Shown here: one piece after another, positions 24,996-37,612 of the stretch
How the letters are laid out: each line of letters starts with the position of its first letter
Position numbering within the stretch: the first letter of the stretch is position 1
Assembly: GCA_964016885.1 (NCBI GenBank)
Contig: OZ024740.1
Span: 197,718,001-197,782,000 of the forward strand
Length of the DNA: 64,000 nt
Reading direction: 5' to 3'
DNA from: Eledone cirrhosa
Lineage: Eukaryota
The notes under the pieces: model-generated
Database searches by the model: none
What the model saw: the letters and a program-made list of their open reading frames with translations, nothing else
Told to the model about the DNA's origin: nothing
Made by a program: the position numbers and the translations under genes

Positions 24996-27900
24996 ATGGC
25001 CAATATAAGAGTTGGATGTGTGAACGTACGCGGCCTGGAGTTGCCCTGGAAACAGGGCAAACTCTTAAACGACCTCAGGTCGCAGAGTATGGATGTGGTA
25101 GCCTTTTTGCGAGTCCAGGATCCACAACGAGCGACAGCTGGCCCCCATCTTCGATGACTTTGAAATCTACGCATCTCTGTCATCGAGGGGTGGGGGCGGA
25201 GTTGCCGTTTTGCTGCGGAAACACCTGGGCCTCGTAACACAGACGGTACATCTGGACCCGGAGGGTCGACTGGTGGTCCTAGACGTTGATGGTAGTGAAG
25301 GTGGAGCCATCAGGCTGGTAGCCGCATATGCCACATCCGGGACACCGCGGCCAGACTTCTTCAAACGTCTAGAGACTTTTCTGGGAACGTCCCGCTCCTT
25401 ACTTTTAGTGGGGGACTGGAATGGAATCCTAGATGCACGTTGGGACTATGTGAGAGCATGTCCCGATTAAGGGGGTGTAACAGCCTCAAACAGTTAATCG
25501 ACCGATTTGAGCTGGCCGATAGATATCGACTAGATTTTCCGACTGCGCCACTGTGGACGTGGAGTAATCGCAGCGGAACATCTAGATCGTACCTAGATAG
25601 GGTTCTAGTTAGAAATAAGGATAGGGACATGTTAAGCTGTTCATGGTTGCCTATTCAGATCACAAACTAGTGACCTGCATGGCCAACCTTGATAGAACCC
25701 ATAGACAAGGACTCGATAGAACCCATAGACAAGGACCCGGCTACTGGAAGCTGAACTTGTCGTTACCGACAAGCAAAACCTACAGTAGACGGATTAGCAC
25801 TTTAGTTAAACAGCACTTGACAGGGGCCATTGTCAACAACAGATGGTGGTACTCTCTCAAGAGGGCAGTTAGATTAGACTCGATAGTTTTTAGTAAAGAA
25901 TTAGCGTTAGATAGAAATAGAAACGAGAAGGAACAAGTAGAAGAGGCAATTAGAAGTGGCAACGGAGCCAGCGTGCTAGCAACGAGAATGGCCTTGGACC
26001 AGTTCTTCGACGCAAAGCGCGAGGGCTGCGTTGTCAGAAGCAAAATACGTGCTCTGGGAAACGAGGGAGCCAAAGCTGTTAGCTGGGCCCGAGTGACGGA
26101 GGCAAAAAGTGGCAACAAGTCCACGATTCGGTCTTTGAAGGACCAAAACAGACGCGTGATACGTGAGCCGAAGCAGATGTGTGCGGCCTTTCAGCGACAC
26201 TTTGCTCAACTGTTCGGGAGGGGCGGCGCGCCGGGAGGGGCTATGGATTTCGGTCCATATCTCGACGGCCTACCTCGACTCTCGGACAGCGAGGCAAAGT
26301 TCTGCGAAAAGCCGATTTCAGCCGCTGAGATAGGGGACGCGATGAACCAATGCGACAAACGCAAATCTCCAGGTCTCGACGGTCTACCCTACGAATTTTA
26401 CGTAGCAATGCCGGACTTATTCTCCGGTCTCCTGGAAGCGGTCTACTGCAACTGGCAACAGAACGGGAGAATTCCCAGTTCTGTAACCGGGGGCGTGGTC
26501 ACACTAATCAGGAAGGACGAGAATAAGGGGGATGACACAGGAAACTTCCGGCTCATAACTCTGCTAAACACACAGTTACAGATTTTGGCCAAGATGTTGG
26601 CAAAGAGGCTGGTGCTTGTCGTCGAGAACCTGGTGGGAGAAGCGCAGACATGCGCAATCCCGACCAGGTCCATACACGACAACCTCCATCTCATGCGATA
26701 CATCATAGAGAAGGTAGAGTGTAAACCCGGCTTCGGTGGGGCCCTGATCAACTTCGGTCAGTCTAAGGCTTTCAATAGGGTTGACCATCGTTACCTGGAT
26801 GCGGTGCTTGAGGCAGCAGGCTTCAGACCCGTGTTCAGGGGCTGGATTGCTGCAATGCACAACAGCAACATCTGCTCAAGGGTCAAGGTGAACGGCTACC
26901 TCTCGGAGCCGTTCCATATTATGCGATCCATTCGACAGGGATGCCCTCTCTCCCCCCTTCTGTACGTACTGACTCTCGAGCCACTACTGCGGAAGTTGGA
27001 GCTATTGCAGGGCATCCCTCTGGAACCGGGACTGCGGAAAGCGGCGTCGGCCTACGCCGACGACGTGACAGTAATGGTGTCGAGCGCCTCGCAAATCGAG
27101 GAAGTCGGCACCTTACTGAAGGAATACGAAAGTTTCACAGGAGCGAAGCTGAACCGGGACAAGTCCACCGGTTTGCAACTCAGATCGTGGAGAGGCAAAC
27201 CGATGCCTACCGATGGCGTCGTCGGACGCTGGACGGAAGGACCGGTAAAGCTTCTCAGGGTCTGGTTTGGTCCGGACCTCCAGGTGGAGAAGAACTGGAA
27301 CGAAGTGACGGCGAAGGTGTTTGCACTCACCCAGAAGTGGTCCGAGTGCAAACTATCCTTGAAAGGTCGAGCGGAGGTGGCGAACACTTTTATAGCGTCC
27401 GCCATCTACTACCGCTTGACCGTCGTGCCTTGCCAGCCAAAACGCTCGCCAAAATGGAGCGCGCGCTCTTCCGATTCCTTTGGAAGAGGCGCGCTCCTTT
27501 GGTGAGAAGATCTATCTGCTTCCAACACCCTTCTAACGGAGGGCTGGGGATGCCGTGGTTGACGATGCGCAAACACGCGCTCAGGCTGCGGTATCTCTAC
27601 GTATTCCTGACCGGACAACCGGTGTGGGCCCCGTTCGAGAGGCGAGCCTTCCCACGACTCGTCTCGCTGACCGAGCTGCAGTCCTGGGTCAAGCAAAGAC
27701 CGAGGAAAATGGGCGACTGGCACATCGAATGATGTGCTCAGGCGCTCACAGCCCTCTGGCAGGCGGACCCGGCGATCAGTGGAGACTCCACTTCGTCATT
27801 CTATAGAGAGTTGATCCGCAGCAAGTGCGACGACGCGCTCGGTGAAACTCTAGGCGTAGAGGAAGATGAACTGGCCAGACTGTTCGGTAGGACCTTCCGC

Positions 27901-28432
27901 CCGGGACCGATGGACAACTTCCAAAAGTCCCTGGCAGTGCTACCGAGGAGCTCTACCAGTTCGACACAAGCTCTACAGACATGGGCGCCCGGGAAGGGAC
28001 CCTGCAAAAAAGATCTGTCCGAGGTGCGTGCGAGACGAAGAAACAGTCGCGCACGCATTCATACACTGCCCGGCCGTCACTGACCTGTGGGGCTATGTAG
28101 AACGACTATTGTCGCGGGTGGGACCAATCCGGTTGACCACCGAGTCCATTGTCATGATCAAACCGCCACCCTCCTTGAAAAACGAAGGAGAGGCGGTTTT
28201 CCTTTGTGTGATAGCTATGGCGAAAGAGGTTGTATAGTGGACAAGGTTGAAAGGGCTGAGGTCAGACACCTTTCTCTCCGGCCAACAACTGATTCTTTTT
28301 TTCAAATACCACTTTGGAAGAAGAATCAGGATGGAGAGAGAGGTGCTGTACCCCAGCAAGTTTTATGAAAAGTGGGTGAAAGTGGCGAGAATGGTCCGAG
28401 TGAATGGGCCTTCTCTCTATATCAGCCTGTAG
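24996..28432 (+). pseudogene. Tx1 ORF2 (APE endonuclease + RT + C-terminal zinc finger), multiple frameshifts
   Basis: MANIRVGCVNVRGL, LVGDWN, SYLDRVLV, SDHKLV, GPGYWKLN, KSPGLDGLPYEFY, RQGCPLSPLLY, AYADDVTV, GGLGMP, CPRC..ETVAHAFIHCP. Confidence 0.92.
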
Positions 28433-28671
28433 GTTGAGGAAAAGGAGGAGGAGAGGAAAGGAGTACAAACTCTTCGTACTCCTAGAGATGAGGGTTGCAC
28501 ATTTTTTCGGGGGTATGTGTTACCCATATAAACTGTCTCCCTCTATTGGGGAAAATCGACTAACTTTTTAAATTGCATTTGTGATAACATTTTACACGTT
28601 TTTATTGTATGTAAACTTCCCCCTTTGTATTTGTCCCCTTCTTTTGTGCCCCTTTGGCTAATAAAGAAACA

Positions 28672-28728
<57 letters not shown>

Positions 28729-29590
28729 CTTTGTACGTTACAAGGGTGACGACGTGCTCGGAGAGACTCTGGGCGTCGAAGACGAGAGCTCACCAGTCTG
28801 TTTGGTAGGACTTTCCGCCCGGGACCTATGGACAACTTCCAGAGGTCCCTGGCCTGGAAGTGCTATCGAGGAGCTCTACCGGTTCGTGACAAGATCTACA
28901 GGCACGGACGCCCCGGCAGGGATCTTTCCAAGAGGACGTGTGCAAGATGCGCGCTGGTCATTGAAACAGTCCTGCACGCAATTGTACACTGACCGGGCGT
29001 AACCGACCTGTGGAACTATGCAGAACAACTGCTGTCGCGTATGGGACAAATCCAGTTGACTGCTGAGCCCCTAGGAAGGATCAAACCGCCAGCCTCTTTT
29101 AAAAACGAAAGAGAGGCGGTTTTCCTCTGTACGGTGGCTATGGTGAAAGAAGTTATATGGTGGACGAGGTTGAGAGGACAGAGGACAGATACCTTTCTCT
29201 CCGGACAACAATTGATTCCCTTCTTTAAGTATCACTTTAGAAGGAGAATTAGGGTGGAGAGAGAGGCACTGCACCCCAGTAAATTTACTGAAAGGTGGGT
29301 GAATGAAGCGAAAATGGCCTGAGTGATTGGGCCTTCTCTGTTTATAAGCCTGTAGCTTGAAGAAGGGAGCAAAAGGAAGAAAGGAGCACTTGCACAACAC
29401 GCTCCTGGAATTGAGGGTTGTTCTATCGACGGGGTATTAAACAACCCATTTGTGGCGCCTCTCCCCTATTGGGGATTTCGATTGTTGTAATTGTTTGTTT
29501 TTATATTTTTTACACGACTGTATGTAAAATCCCCGGCATGTCTTTGTATTGTCCCCTTTTCTGGTGCGCCCTTGTGGCTGAAAAATAAAT
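28729..29590 (+). mobile_element. Second Tx1 3' fragment in tandem, also bounded by (ATCT)n
   Basis: GDDVLGETLGVED..GPMDNFQ..KEVIWWTRLRG..FFKYHFRRRIR matches family A. Similar 3' end CCCTTGTGGCT..AATAAA. Confidence 0.88.
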
Positions 29591-30071
29591 ATATCTATCT
29601 ATCTATTTATGTATCTAACGATGTATCTGTATGCATACGTGAACACACGCACACACATGTATACATAAATGCTTACTTTTCTCTCTATCCCCCTCTCTCT
29701 CTAGAACTAAGAAGACCGAAGTTGAACAGAAAGACCGAATGGAATCACAACAACCATACCCAAACAAACAATACTGACTGAAGGGAAATATAAATAAATA
29801 AATAAATAAATATATACACAAGTACAATAACAACAAGCACATATAAACACACACTAGTGAACAAAGATAGAATACAAAAACACATACACTCAAACGCGAA
29901 CACACACGGCAAACGTTATACACACACGCAAACGCATGCGCAGAGACAGAGACAAGAATAAATAAATAAATAAATAAAAATGGCGTAGACATTACAGTAC
30001 AATACAATATGACGAAACATAATAGTACCACTGATGATGTTGCAGATGAGCGACGAAAGAACTTTGATAGA

Positions 30072-30114
<43 letters not shown>

Positions 30115-31083
30115 GGAAAAATTTGAACAGGGACAAAACAGAGAGGCAGTACAATAAATGTTTATTAATTTCATATATATATATTTATATCTGTATTTTT
30201 AACCGCTGGTCAATCAATGATAAACAATGATTGCGAAATAAATTAACTAATGAAGATATAAAAGATACAGAAACGAAAACCAACCAAATAGTGAGTGTGT
30301 TCTGTTATTATTTCTGGCAATATTATAACAATATGACCATCCCCAAGTATAACAATATATATATATATATATATATATAACATAGAAGTGACTTTCCTGA
30401 ACTGATGATTTCATACGAATGAAACAGTTCTAGTTCGGTCGAAGTCATTTCTATATAAAATAAAGATACATATTAACGTATTGAGTACCTATTTTAACTG
30501 TGGTCCCCGTCGGTATTGAAAGTTTCCCGACATTTGCTCCACACCCATCACTTCCCAGCTCTACCGCCCTCCACGCATTCTCTGATTCCACACTTCATAG
30601 TTCAGCTGTTTACACTTGTACTGCCATATAGCAGAGCTGGCAACCTCTAAAAACTCAAACGGGTAGTACCATGAAAAAAGTTCCCTCAAACGGGGAGAAA
30701 TGAGGCAAAATGGGGAGATTTTACATAATGAAAGCTATACCAATTTTCACAAGAGAAGACATCTCTCACCCACTCCAAAGTGGCTGAGAGATTTCCTCGT
30801 CGGACGGAGAGAATTGACATGTCTGACTATGGTAAAGGAATCCAGGGGTATAAAAATGCAGAGCGAATTTTTTAACCATTTGCCATGTTGCGTTCACATG
30901 TTGGTGTTGAATTATGTATTTATATGAGGTTTTCAGTCATTATGGTAAAGATACATTTAGAACAAGTATTGGATATTGTGGTGCTAGAGAAATCGTGTCA
31001 ATCTAGCTTATAAAATTTCTACATTCTAGCTTCTGTTTCTAAATACCACGAGAGACGTCTTCATTATTATATACATTGAGAAA

Positions 31084-31267
31084 GGCGGTGGATTGGCAGT
31101 ATCGGTAGAGGGTCAGACGCCTTGCTTTCCAGCATAGTTACGTCCCTTTACCATCTGAGTTCAAATCCCGCCGAGGTTGACTTTGCCTTTCATCCTTACA
31201 GGGTCGATAAAATAAAGTACCAGTAATACACTGGGTAATTGCTGGCCTTGTGCCTAAAGTAGAAACA
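31084..31267 (+). mobile_element. SINE family M with 21-bp target-site duplication
   Basis: TSD ATTATTATATACATTGAGAAA at 31063-31083 and 31268-31288. Confidence 0.92.
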
Positions 31268-31859
31268 ATTATTATATACATTGAGAAACAATCGAATGGC
31301 TGACAAAAGTATAACTGGTTTTGATAAAAATCGAACATTACTCTTGAGAAATTAGTATTATTTATAAAGAAAACTATTGAATATTGTATGTTGAAAATTA
31401 ATGTTTTGCCTACATAAGAAACAATTCAATAGTGTGTATTGAAAATTTACTTTTACCGAAGTATGAAACCAATATTTGATATTGGAAAGAAAAATAATAG
31501 TATTATGAGGCAAAATGGGGAGATTTTACATAATGAAAGCTATACCCAGTTTCACAAAGAAGACATCTCTGACCTACACTGAAGTGGGTGGGAGATCTCC
31601 CCGTCCAACAGGGAGAGTTGACAGGTCTGATATCGTCGTATTTGAAGCCAAATAGTTTCTCATACGACCATACAATGAAATGAAACAAGGTTATGATCAT
31701 ATTTAATACCACCTCCATTTCTCTATAACCACTTGCGACTGTCTCTGCATGTGTGTGTATGTATGAGTACGCAGAATTTCACCGTTGGTAGGTGTCGAAC
31801 CTGCCAAAGTCCACCTCAACGGCCGATGAGCCTGGAGTTCTGTGTCCTTCGTTCGTAAA

Positions 31860-32145
31860 ACCTTTATTTACAATTGTACAAATAATATTACAAATGGGGA
31901 AGGGGTAAAGAAGGGCAGATCTGGCTGCGAGGGAAAGTATAGGAAAGGATGTAAAAGCCATAAATGAGAGAAAAAGGAGAGGGAAGGGGAAAGTGTGATG
32001 GACTCTGGGCCAAGGACGCAGCGGTGTTAGGGCTGCTCCCTGCGGATAAAACTGCAAAAGCATCTCCGCAGACAATGGCCAGCGACACCCGTTGCAACAG
32101 CCACCCCATATGACGCGGCTCCTTCCTCTGATGGTCTGCTGACGT
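31860..32145 (-). mobile_element. CRE-clade 3' remnant
   Basis: WLLQRVSLAIVCGDAFAVL is similar to WLFQRVSLAVLRGNAFSIL of the 12088 element. Pyrimidine-rich 3' UTR with AATAAA. Confidence 0.7.
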
Positions 32146-35042
32146 TCCGATTGGTGATGTAATTAATTAGATAATTACATATTACGTATATTAGAAAATC
32201 AAGATAAATTAAATGAAGGTATAATTATATTTTATAAACCTCGCTGTGAAAATTGAAAGAAATGATTAAAACCAGGTCAGCGCTAATCTAATCGGGCAGA
32301 GTTATGTTCAAAGAAACGTAAGAATTTTTGTATTTATGATTAGGTTATCCGATGCGTTCTTCCTTTTGTCCATGATAGATGAGTGTGATTTGAGGGAGAT
32401 TTGCGTTATTGAATACTTTGAAAATAATTTATAATAGTCATTGACTTCAGCGAGAACTGTTTTATCATTAATATTTGATAAAAAAAAAATTGAAGCAACC
32501 GATCGTAAGATCGAACTCAGTAAACAATGTCATTGGCTTTTCCATTGATGATAGTCACTGTGAACCAGAACTCCTAGCAGAAGGAGCTACGCGAAATAAT
32601 GTCAAATAGACAACGCACCGTTAGGTTCAAAAATTGAACCCTTGACTTTATGACCGTTACTCCAATACCCTAACGACTAGACCACTTACCTACGTTGCTA
32701 ATAAAGCTATTGTTTGTTTTTCGTTCTCGTTTACTAAAATATTTTCACACACACCTTCATTTGAAATTTCTAAGACATTAATACTATTATTTTTCTTTCC
32801 AATATCATATATTGGTTTCATACTTCGGTAAAAAGTAAACTTTCAATACACACTATTGAATTGTTTAGTATGTAGGCAAAACATTAATTTTCAACATACA
32901 ATATTCAATAGTTTTCTTTATCAATAATACTAATTTTTATCAAAACACGCTATATTTCTGTTAGCCATTCAATTGTTTCTCAATGTATATAATAATGAAG
33001 ACGTCTCTCTGGTATTTAGAAACATAAGCTAGAATGTAGAAATTTTATAAGCTAGATTGACACTATTTCTCTAGCACCACAATATCCAATAATTGTTCTA
33101 AATGTATCTTTACCATAATGACTGAAAACCTCATATAACTACAATAATTCAACACCAACATGTGAACGCAACATAGCAAATTGTTAAAATATTAGCTCTG
33201 CATTTGTATACTCTTGGATTCCTTTAAAATAGTCAGATTTGTCAATTAAATCCGTCCGACGGGGAGATTTAGATTTTTAGAGGTTACCAGGTCTGCATAG
33301 CTTTGTGAATGAAATTGGGTAGAAAGAAGCTGTTTGAAAGACCGTTGGATAGACAGACTGTACCTGTATTTCAAAGGGCCAACATTTTCGCACACTGCCA
33401 ATCTCCCTGAGAATTACGTTAAGTGTAGTAGAAGTGTTGGCAGAAAGCTTAGTTATTTACACGTTAATTTCATGAGCACGCAATTCCATACATCGGACAA
33501 CTGGAATACTGAGGTCCATCTAATTCCATTCCATTTCAGCGCCTACATTATAAACATGTTTCAGATACAGCAACAGATTATATACATACACATAAAATAT
33601 TACAGAGATCACTCAATTATTGGAGTCGATTTCATTGACCATGTCATTAAAAAAAAGTTTTGAAATAATACCTTACTCCAGTCCACTCTGGTTGGTATTC
33701 CCGTCTCTTCCAATGATGAGTGTTTCTGCTGTTTGATTAACGGAAACGCCTGATCATGAATTTAACGTATAAGTGACTCAGAATTTTACGGACACGTGTA
33801 TTTTTAAGGCAGTTCTCAGGGAGATTTAGCGTGACACAGTGTATGATAAGGCTGACCGGCCCTTTGTCTCATAACTACAAATCATTTTTATCAGCAGCGT
33901 GGACTGGAGTAATGTGAAATAACGAGATTTGCTCAAGAACGTAGCGCGTCGTCGAGAATTTAACTCATAAATGTGATCCGAACACTCTACCAACTACATT
34001 ACGCCCCTTCACGACAAGCAATTCATCTATCTTTGAATGATAAAAAAAAAAAAAATGCTAAATACGTCATACCATTTTTGAACTGAGAAGTCAGAAATCA
34101 GAATATAGACTTACAAAAGTACATACTGAATAAAAAATAACAAAATTACATATTGTTTTTGATGTCGTCGTTGTTGTGATCCAAGAAACAATACTCCTGT
34201 AAGAAAAGTAGGGTGGTTACGGCTGAAATGCCTTCGTTTGTATGTCTTCTGGATCATGGATGATTTGGAGCTAAATAACAACAATAAAAACAACTGTCAC
34301 TTCATCCTTGAGTAAATAAAAGACACAGTGGAGAAATATCGATTTTGAAAGTAATAAGCGGGAAAAGGACACACGAAATCATTTTGCCAATTCCACTTTC
34401 ACAAATGTAAATATTTAAAATGAAATGTCATTCTTATATTCCAGTCAACCACATAATATTGATTTTTTAACATTCGCATAAGTTCAAAAATATTTTTAAA
34501 TGATACAGTCGATAAATTCGATTCCAGTAATTGAGAATCATATATTTTCTCGATCACCAGCAAGATAAAAAATAAAGGTTGTGAACTGAAAATATAAAAT
34601 GACACAAATTAACAGCGTCGTCTATTTTATTCTAATATTCAATATATGTTTCTCATCTCGACAGAAGGTCTGAAATTTTGCTGGAATTACCAATCAATAA
34701 TATCGACCTAAATACTTAAATGATGGTACTTATATTAAAGATCACGGAAAGGTGAAAGGCAAAGCCAGCCCTGGGGTTCGGGTGACGTCATCCAAAATCA
34801 TAAAATAACGCAATGACACAGCTCTAAGCATTTTGTTAGACACATTAATACAAAATGTTCAAAATTCTGCACGTTGTTTTTTTCAGTGTATCGATTTCCT
34901 ATATTTATATCATTTAAATATTTTACATCCAACGAATATTTCACAGATCTTATACGTTTACAGGTTTCAGTTATTTGACTGCGGTTATGCTGGGGTAAAG
35001 CCCTTCAAGGGATTTAGTCAATCATATTGACCACATATATGC

Positions 35043-35081
<39 letters not shown>

Positions 35082-35203
35082 TATACATATATATATGTGT
35101 GTGTGTGCGTGAGTAAGTAAGCGTGTATAGTTATAGATATACATACATAATACATTCACGCATATATACGATATATACGTAGGTGTGTGTATTTGTGTGT
35201 GTT

Positions 35204-35262
<59 letters not shown>

Positions 35263-35521
35263 GTATATTAAAAAAGAGACAGTGATGCCTGTATGGTTAG
35301 CAGACTGATTTCACAATGTGGCATTTTGGACAATTTTACACACTTCTTTATGACAGTTCTCTCTGAGAATATTATGTGAAAGGTATACATGTCTATGGAA
35401 TACTCAACCACTTACATATTAATTAAATGAGTAGGTTATTCAGTTAATCGAACAACAGTAATTCTCACCATCGAAACTGACAGAGATATATTTACTATAT
35501 ATTTACTCATTTACATACATA

Positions 35522-36273
35522 CATTGGCGGACTGCGTCTAAAAATAATGGTTGCCAGGAAGAGACAAAGGGGCCCACACAGAACTACAATAATATCATTT
35601 AATTTTTATATCAAATGAATAAAACTTTTAAAGAATCCTCTCCATTTCTGTGTATGCAATTGACCATAAAAATGAAAAGTAAAAATACGGATTATAGAAT
35701 ATATAAAAAATGTCTTACCTTCTCCAATAAAAAAGATCTTGTGAAATATACACATCCACAAAATAGCAGTAATGAGCTTCGGTTTTCACACTAAATATAT
35801 ATATGTGTGTTTGTATACATGATGATGATGATGACTGCTATAGCCAATGGAAGCTATAGCCGGATACCAACGCTAGGGCTTGTGAGGGAATCATGGCAAT
35901 GCCCAGCACTGCCAATACAAACCATAGCCAGAAACACAACGCTAGAGCTTCCTAGCAGAGCGAAGCTGAAGGAAGCTATAGCCACAGAGCAACAACTAGA
36001 GCTTCCGAGCCTACTTCTAGCAAAACGAGAAACAAAATTCTTCTTCTTCTTCTTCTTCTTCTTCTTCTTCTTCTTCTTCTTCTTCTTCTTCTTCTTCTTC
36101 TTCTTCTTCTTCTTCTTCTTCTTCTTCTTCTTCTTCTTCTTCTTCTTCTTCTTCTTCTTCTTCTTCTTCTTCTTCTTCTTCTATATATGTATTGACCCCT
36201 AAAGTACTACCGTGGGCCACCGAGGGGCCCACTTGCGATCAAGAAAGCTGACGACCTGGCCAGTCCGCCACTG
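35522..36273. mobile_element. hAT (Tip100-like) MITE
   Basis: TIRs CATTGGCGGACTG / CAGTCCGCCACTG. 8-bp TSD CATACATA / CATACACA. GGGGCCC subterminal motifs. Confidence 0.75.
36038..36181. repeat. (TTC)n microsatellite
   Basis: Perfect trinucleotide tract of ~144 bp. Confidence 0.98.
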
Positions 36274-37391
36274 CATACACACACACACACACATCTATAT
36301 ACGGAAGGAACAGGGAAAGAAACGAAACACATAGAACGAACAAATAAAAGCATTCATCCTGCCCACAAACCATCCAATAGGCAACGCAAGTCCGTGCATA
36401 AAAGTTGCACGACGGCTTGAACAAACCGCCGGAAAGATGCATTTGAGACAACAAAACACCATAGAGACAACCATAGCAAAGCGAGCACATACTAATAACA
36501 GTAAACGCCCTACCATTGAAAATAGGCTATGATACTGTGCAGGGAAATTGTGTAAATAGTAACGCAGGAAGGAGGGAATATATAAGTAGACTTTCGTCAA
36601 AAACGTGGAGACAGAGGGGAGTGAGAGAGAGAGAAGAGAGTGAGAGGGAGAGAAAGAGAGAGCAAGGCAGAGTGAAAGAATTGTAGCAATGTATAGCAAA
36701 GTTCCACACGGGAAATAACGAAACACGTATGAGGAATGAAGAAAATCATTCAACTTTCCCGCCAGCCAACCCTGGTATTGCATAATATTGAGCCTTGGTT
36801 GCACGATGGCTTGAACATACTGTTGGTGTGTGTTGTATCTACATATATACTTCTTTATATGTCTGTATATGTGTTTCTGTTGTCTATGTGGGTAAGTGTA
36901 TAAGTAGTGTGTATGTATATGTGTGTGTAAATGAGTAAATATATAGTAAATATATCTATCAACCTGGAACAAAAGATTTGTGCGATATTAACATGTTTTG
37001 TAAATCAAAATTGTAGTATATAATGGATTGCTTTCGATAAACTTATCCTTCCTATTAATAAGTTTACGTCTGTCATGTTTTTAAATTCTTTGGATTTTGA
37101 TGTAAAATATGAGACTAACTCATTTTTCATCTCTTCTCTTGATAATGTCTCCATCAAAGCAACTACCAAACAGAGCGTATGAAGTAACAAGGGAGGAAAA
37201 GGAAAAACAAAGTTGTAACTTCAAACCCTCAAATTGACCTAGAGCTTAGCATTCGCTGCCTTCATTCGCTGTCGTCATTGCCCTAAGCTACTTCGAACCA
37301 TCTTCGTATATACAGATAAAGCATTATTTTCATCACCCTTCCATTTCTTCTTACGTGTATGAGGCGAAGTCATAATGGAGGAACATTATAT

Positions 37392-37573
37392 GGTGGATTG
37401 GCAGTATCGGTAGAGGGTCGGACGCCATGCTTTGGCGCATAGAGTTACGGCCCTTTCCATTCTGAGTTCAAATGCCGCAAGGTTAACTTTGCCTTTCATC
37501 CTTACGGGGTCGATAACATAAAGTAGCATTAATGCATTGGGTAATTGCTGGCCTTGTGCGAAAAAGTAGAAAC

Positions 37574-37578
<5 letters not shown>
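37392..37578 (+). mobile_element. SINE family M, full length
   Basis: GGTGGATTGGCAGTATCGGTAGAG head, B-box, central domain and tail. Confidence 0.88.

Positions 37579-37612
<34 letters not shown>

Larger units (their letters stand above)
22805..28670 (+). mobile_element. Tx1/L1-clade LINE, family A, apparently full length but disrupted, inside an (ATCT)n tract
   Basis: 5' UTR, ORF1 with zinc knuckle, ORF2 APE-RT-CCHC, AATAAA near the 3' end. (CTAT)n at 22699-22804 and 28672-28728. Confidence 0.92.
30632..33295. mobile_element. Putative non-autonomous hAT-like DNA transposon with ~500 bp internal inverted arms
   Basis: Termini CAGAGCTGGCAACCTCTAAAAA / TTTTTAGAGGTTACCAGGTCTG. ~30790-31505 (minus the SINE) is the reverse complement of ~32778-33270. 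No clean TSD. Confidence 0.6.

Noticed and set aside
26941-27732. 263-aa ORF overlapping the Tx1 RT
   Set aside because: The N-terminal part is an alternative frame; the C-terminal part is the frameshifted continuation of ORF2.
31084-31175. tRNA-gene-like A/B boxes here and in other SINE heads (also ~32620-32685)
   Set aside because: They are followed by SINE bodies/tails or are degenerate; no complete cloverleaf.
34111-34605. Short minus-strand ORFs with possible splice sites (GTAAGT at ~34134)
   Set aside because: No recognisable protein and no consistent exon chain; needs RNA-seq.
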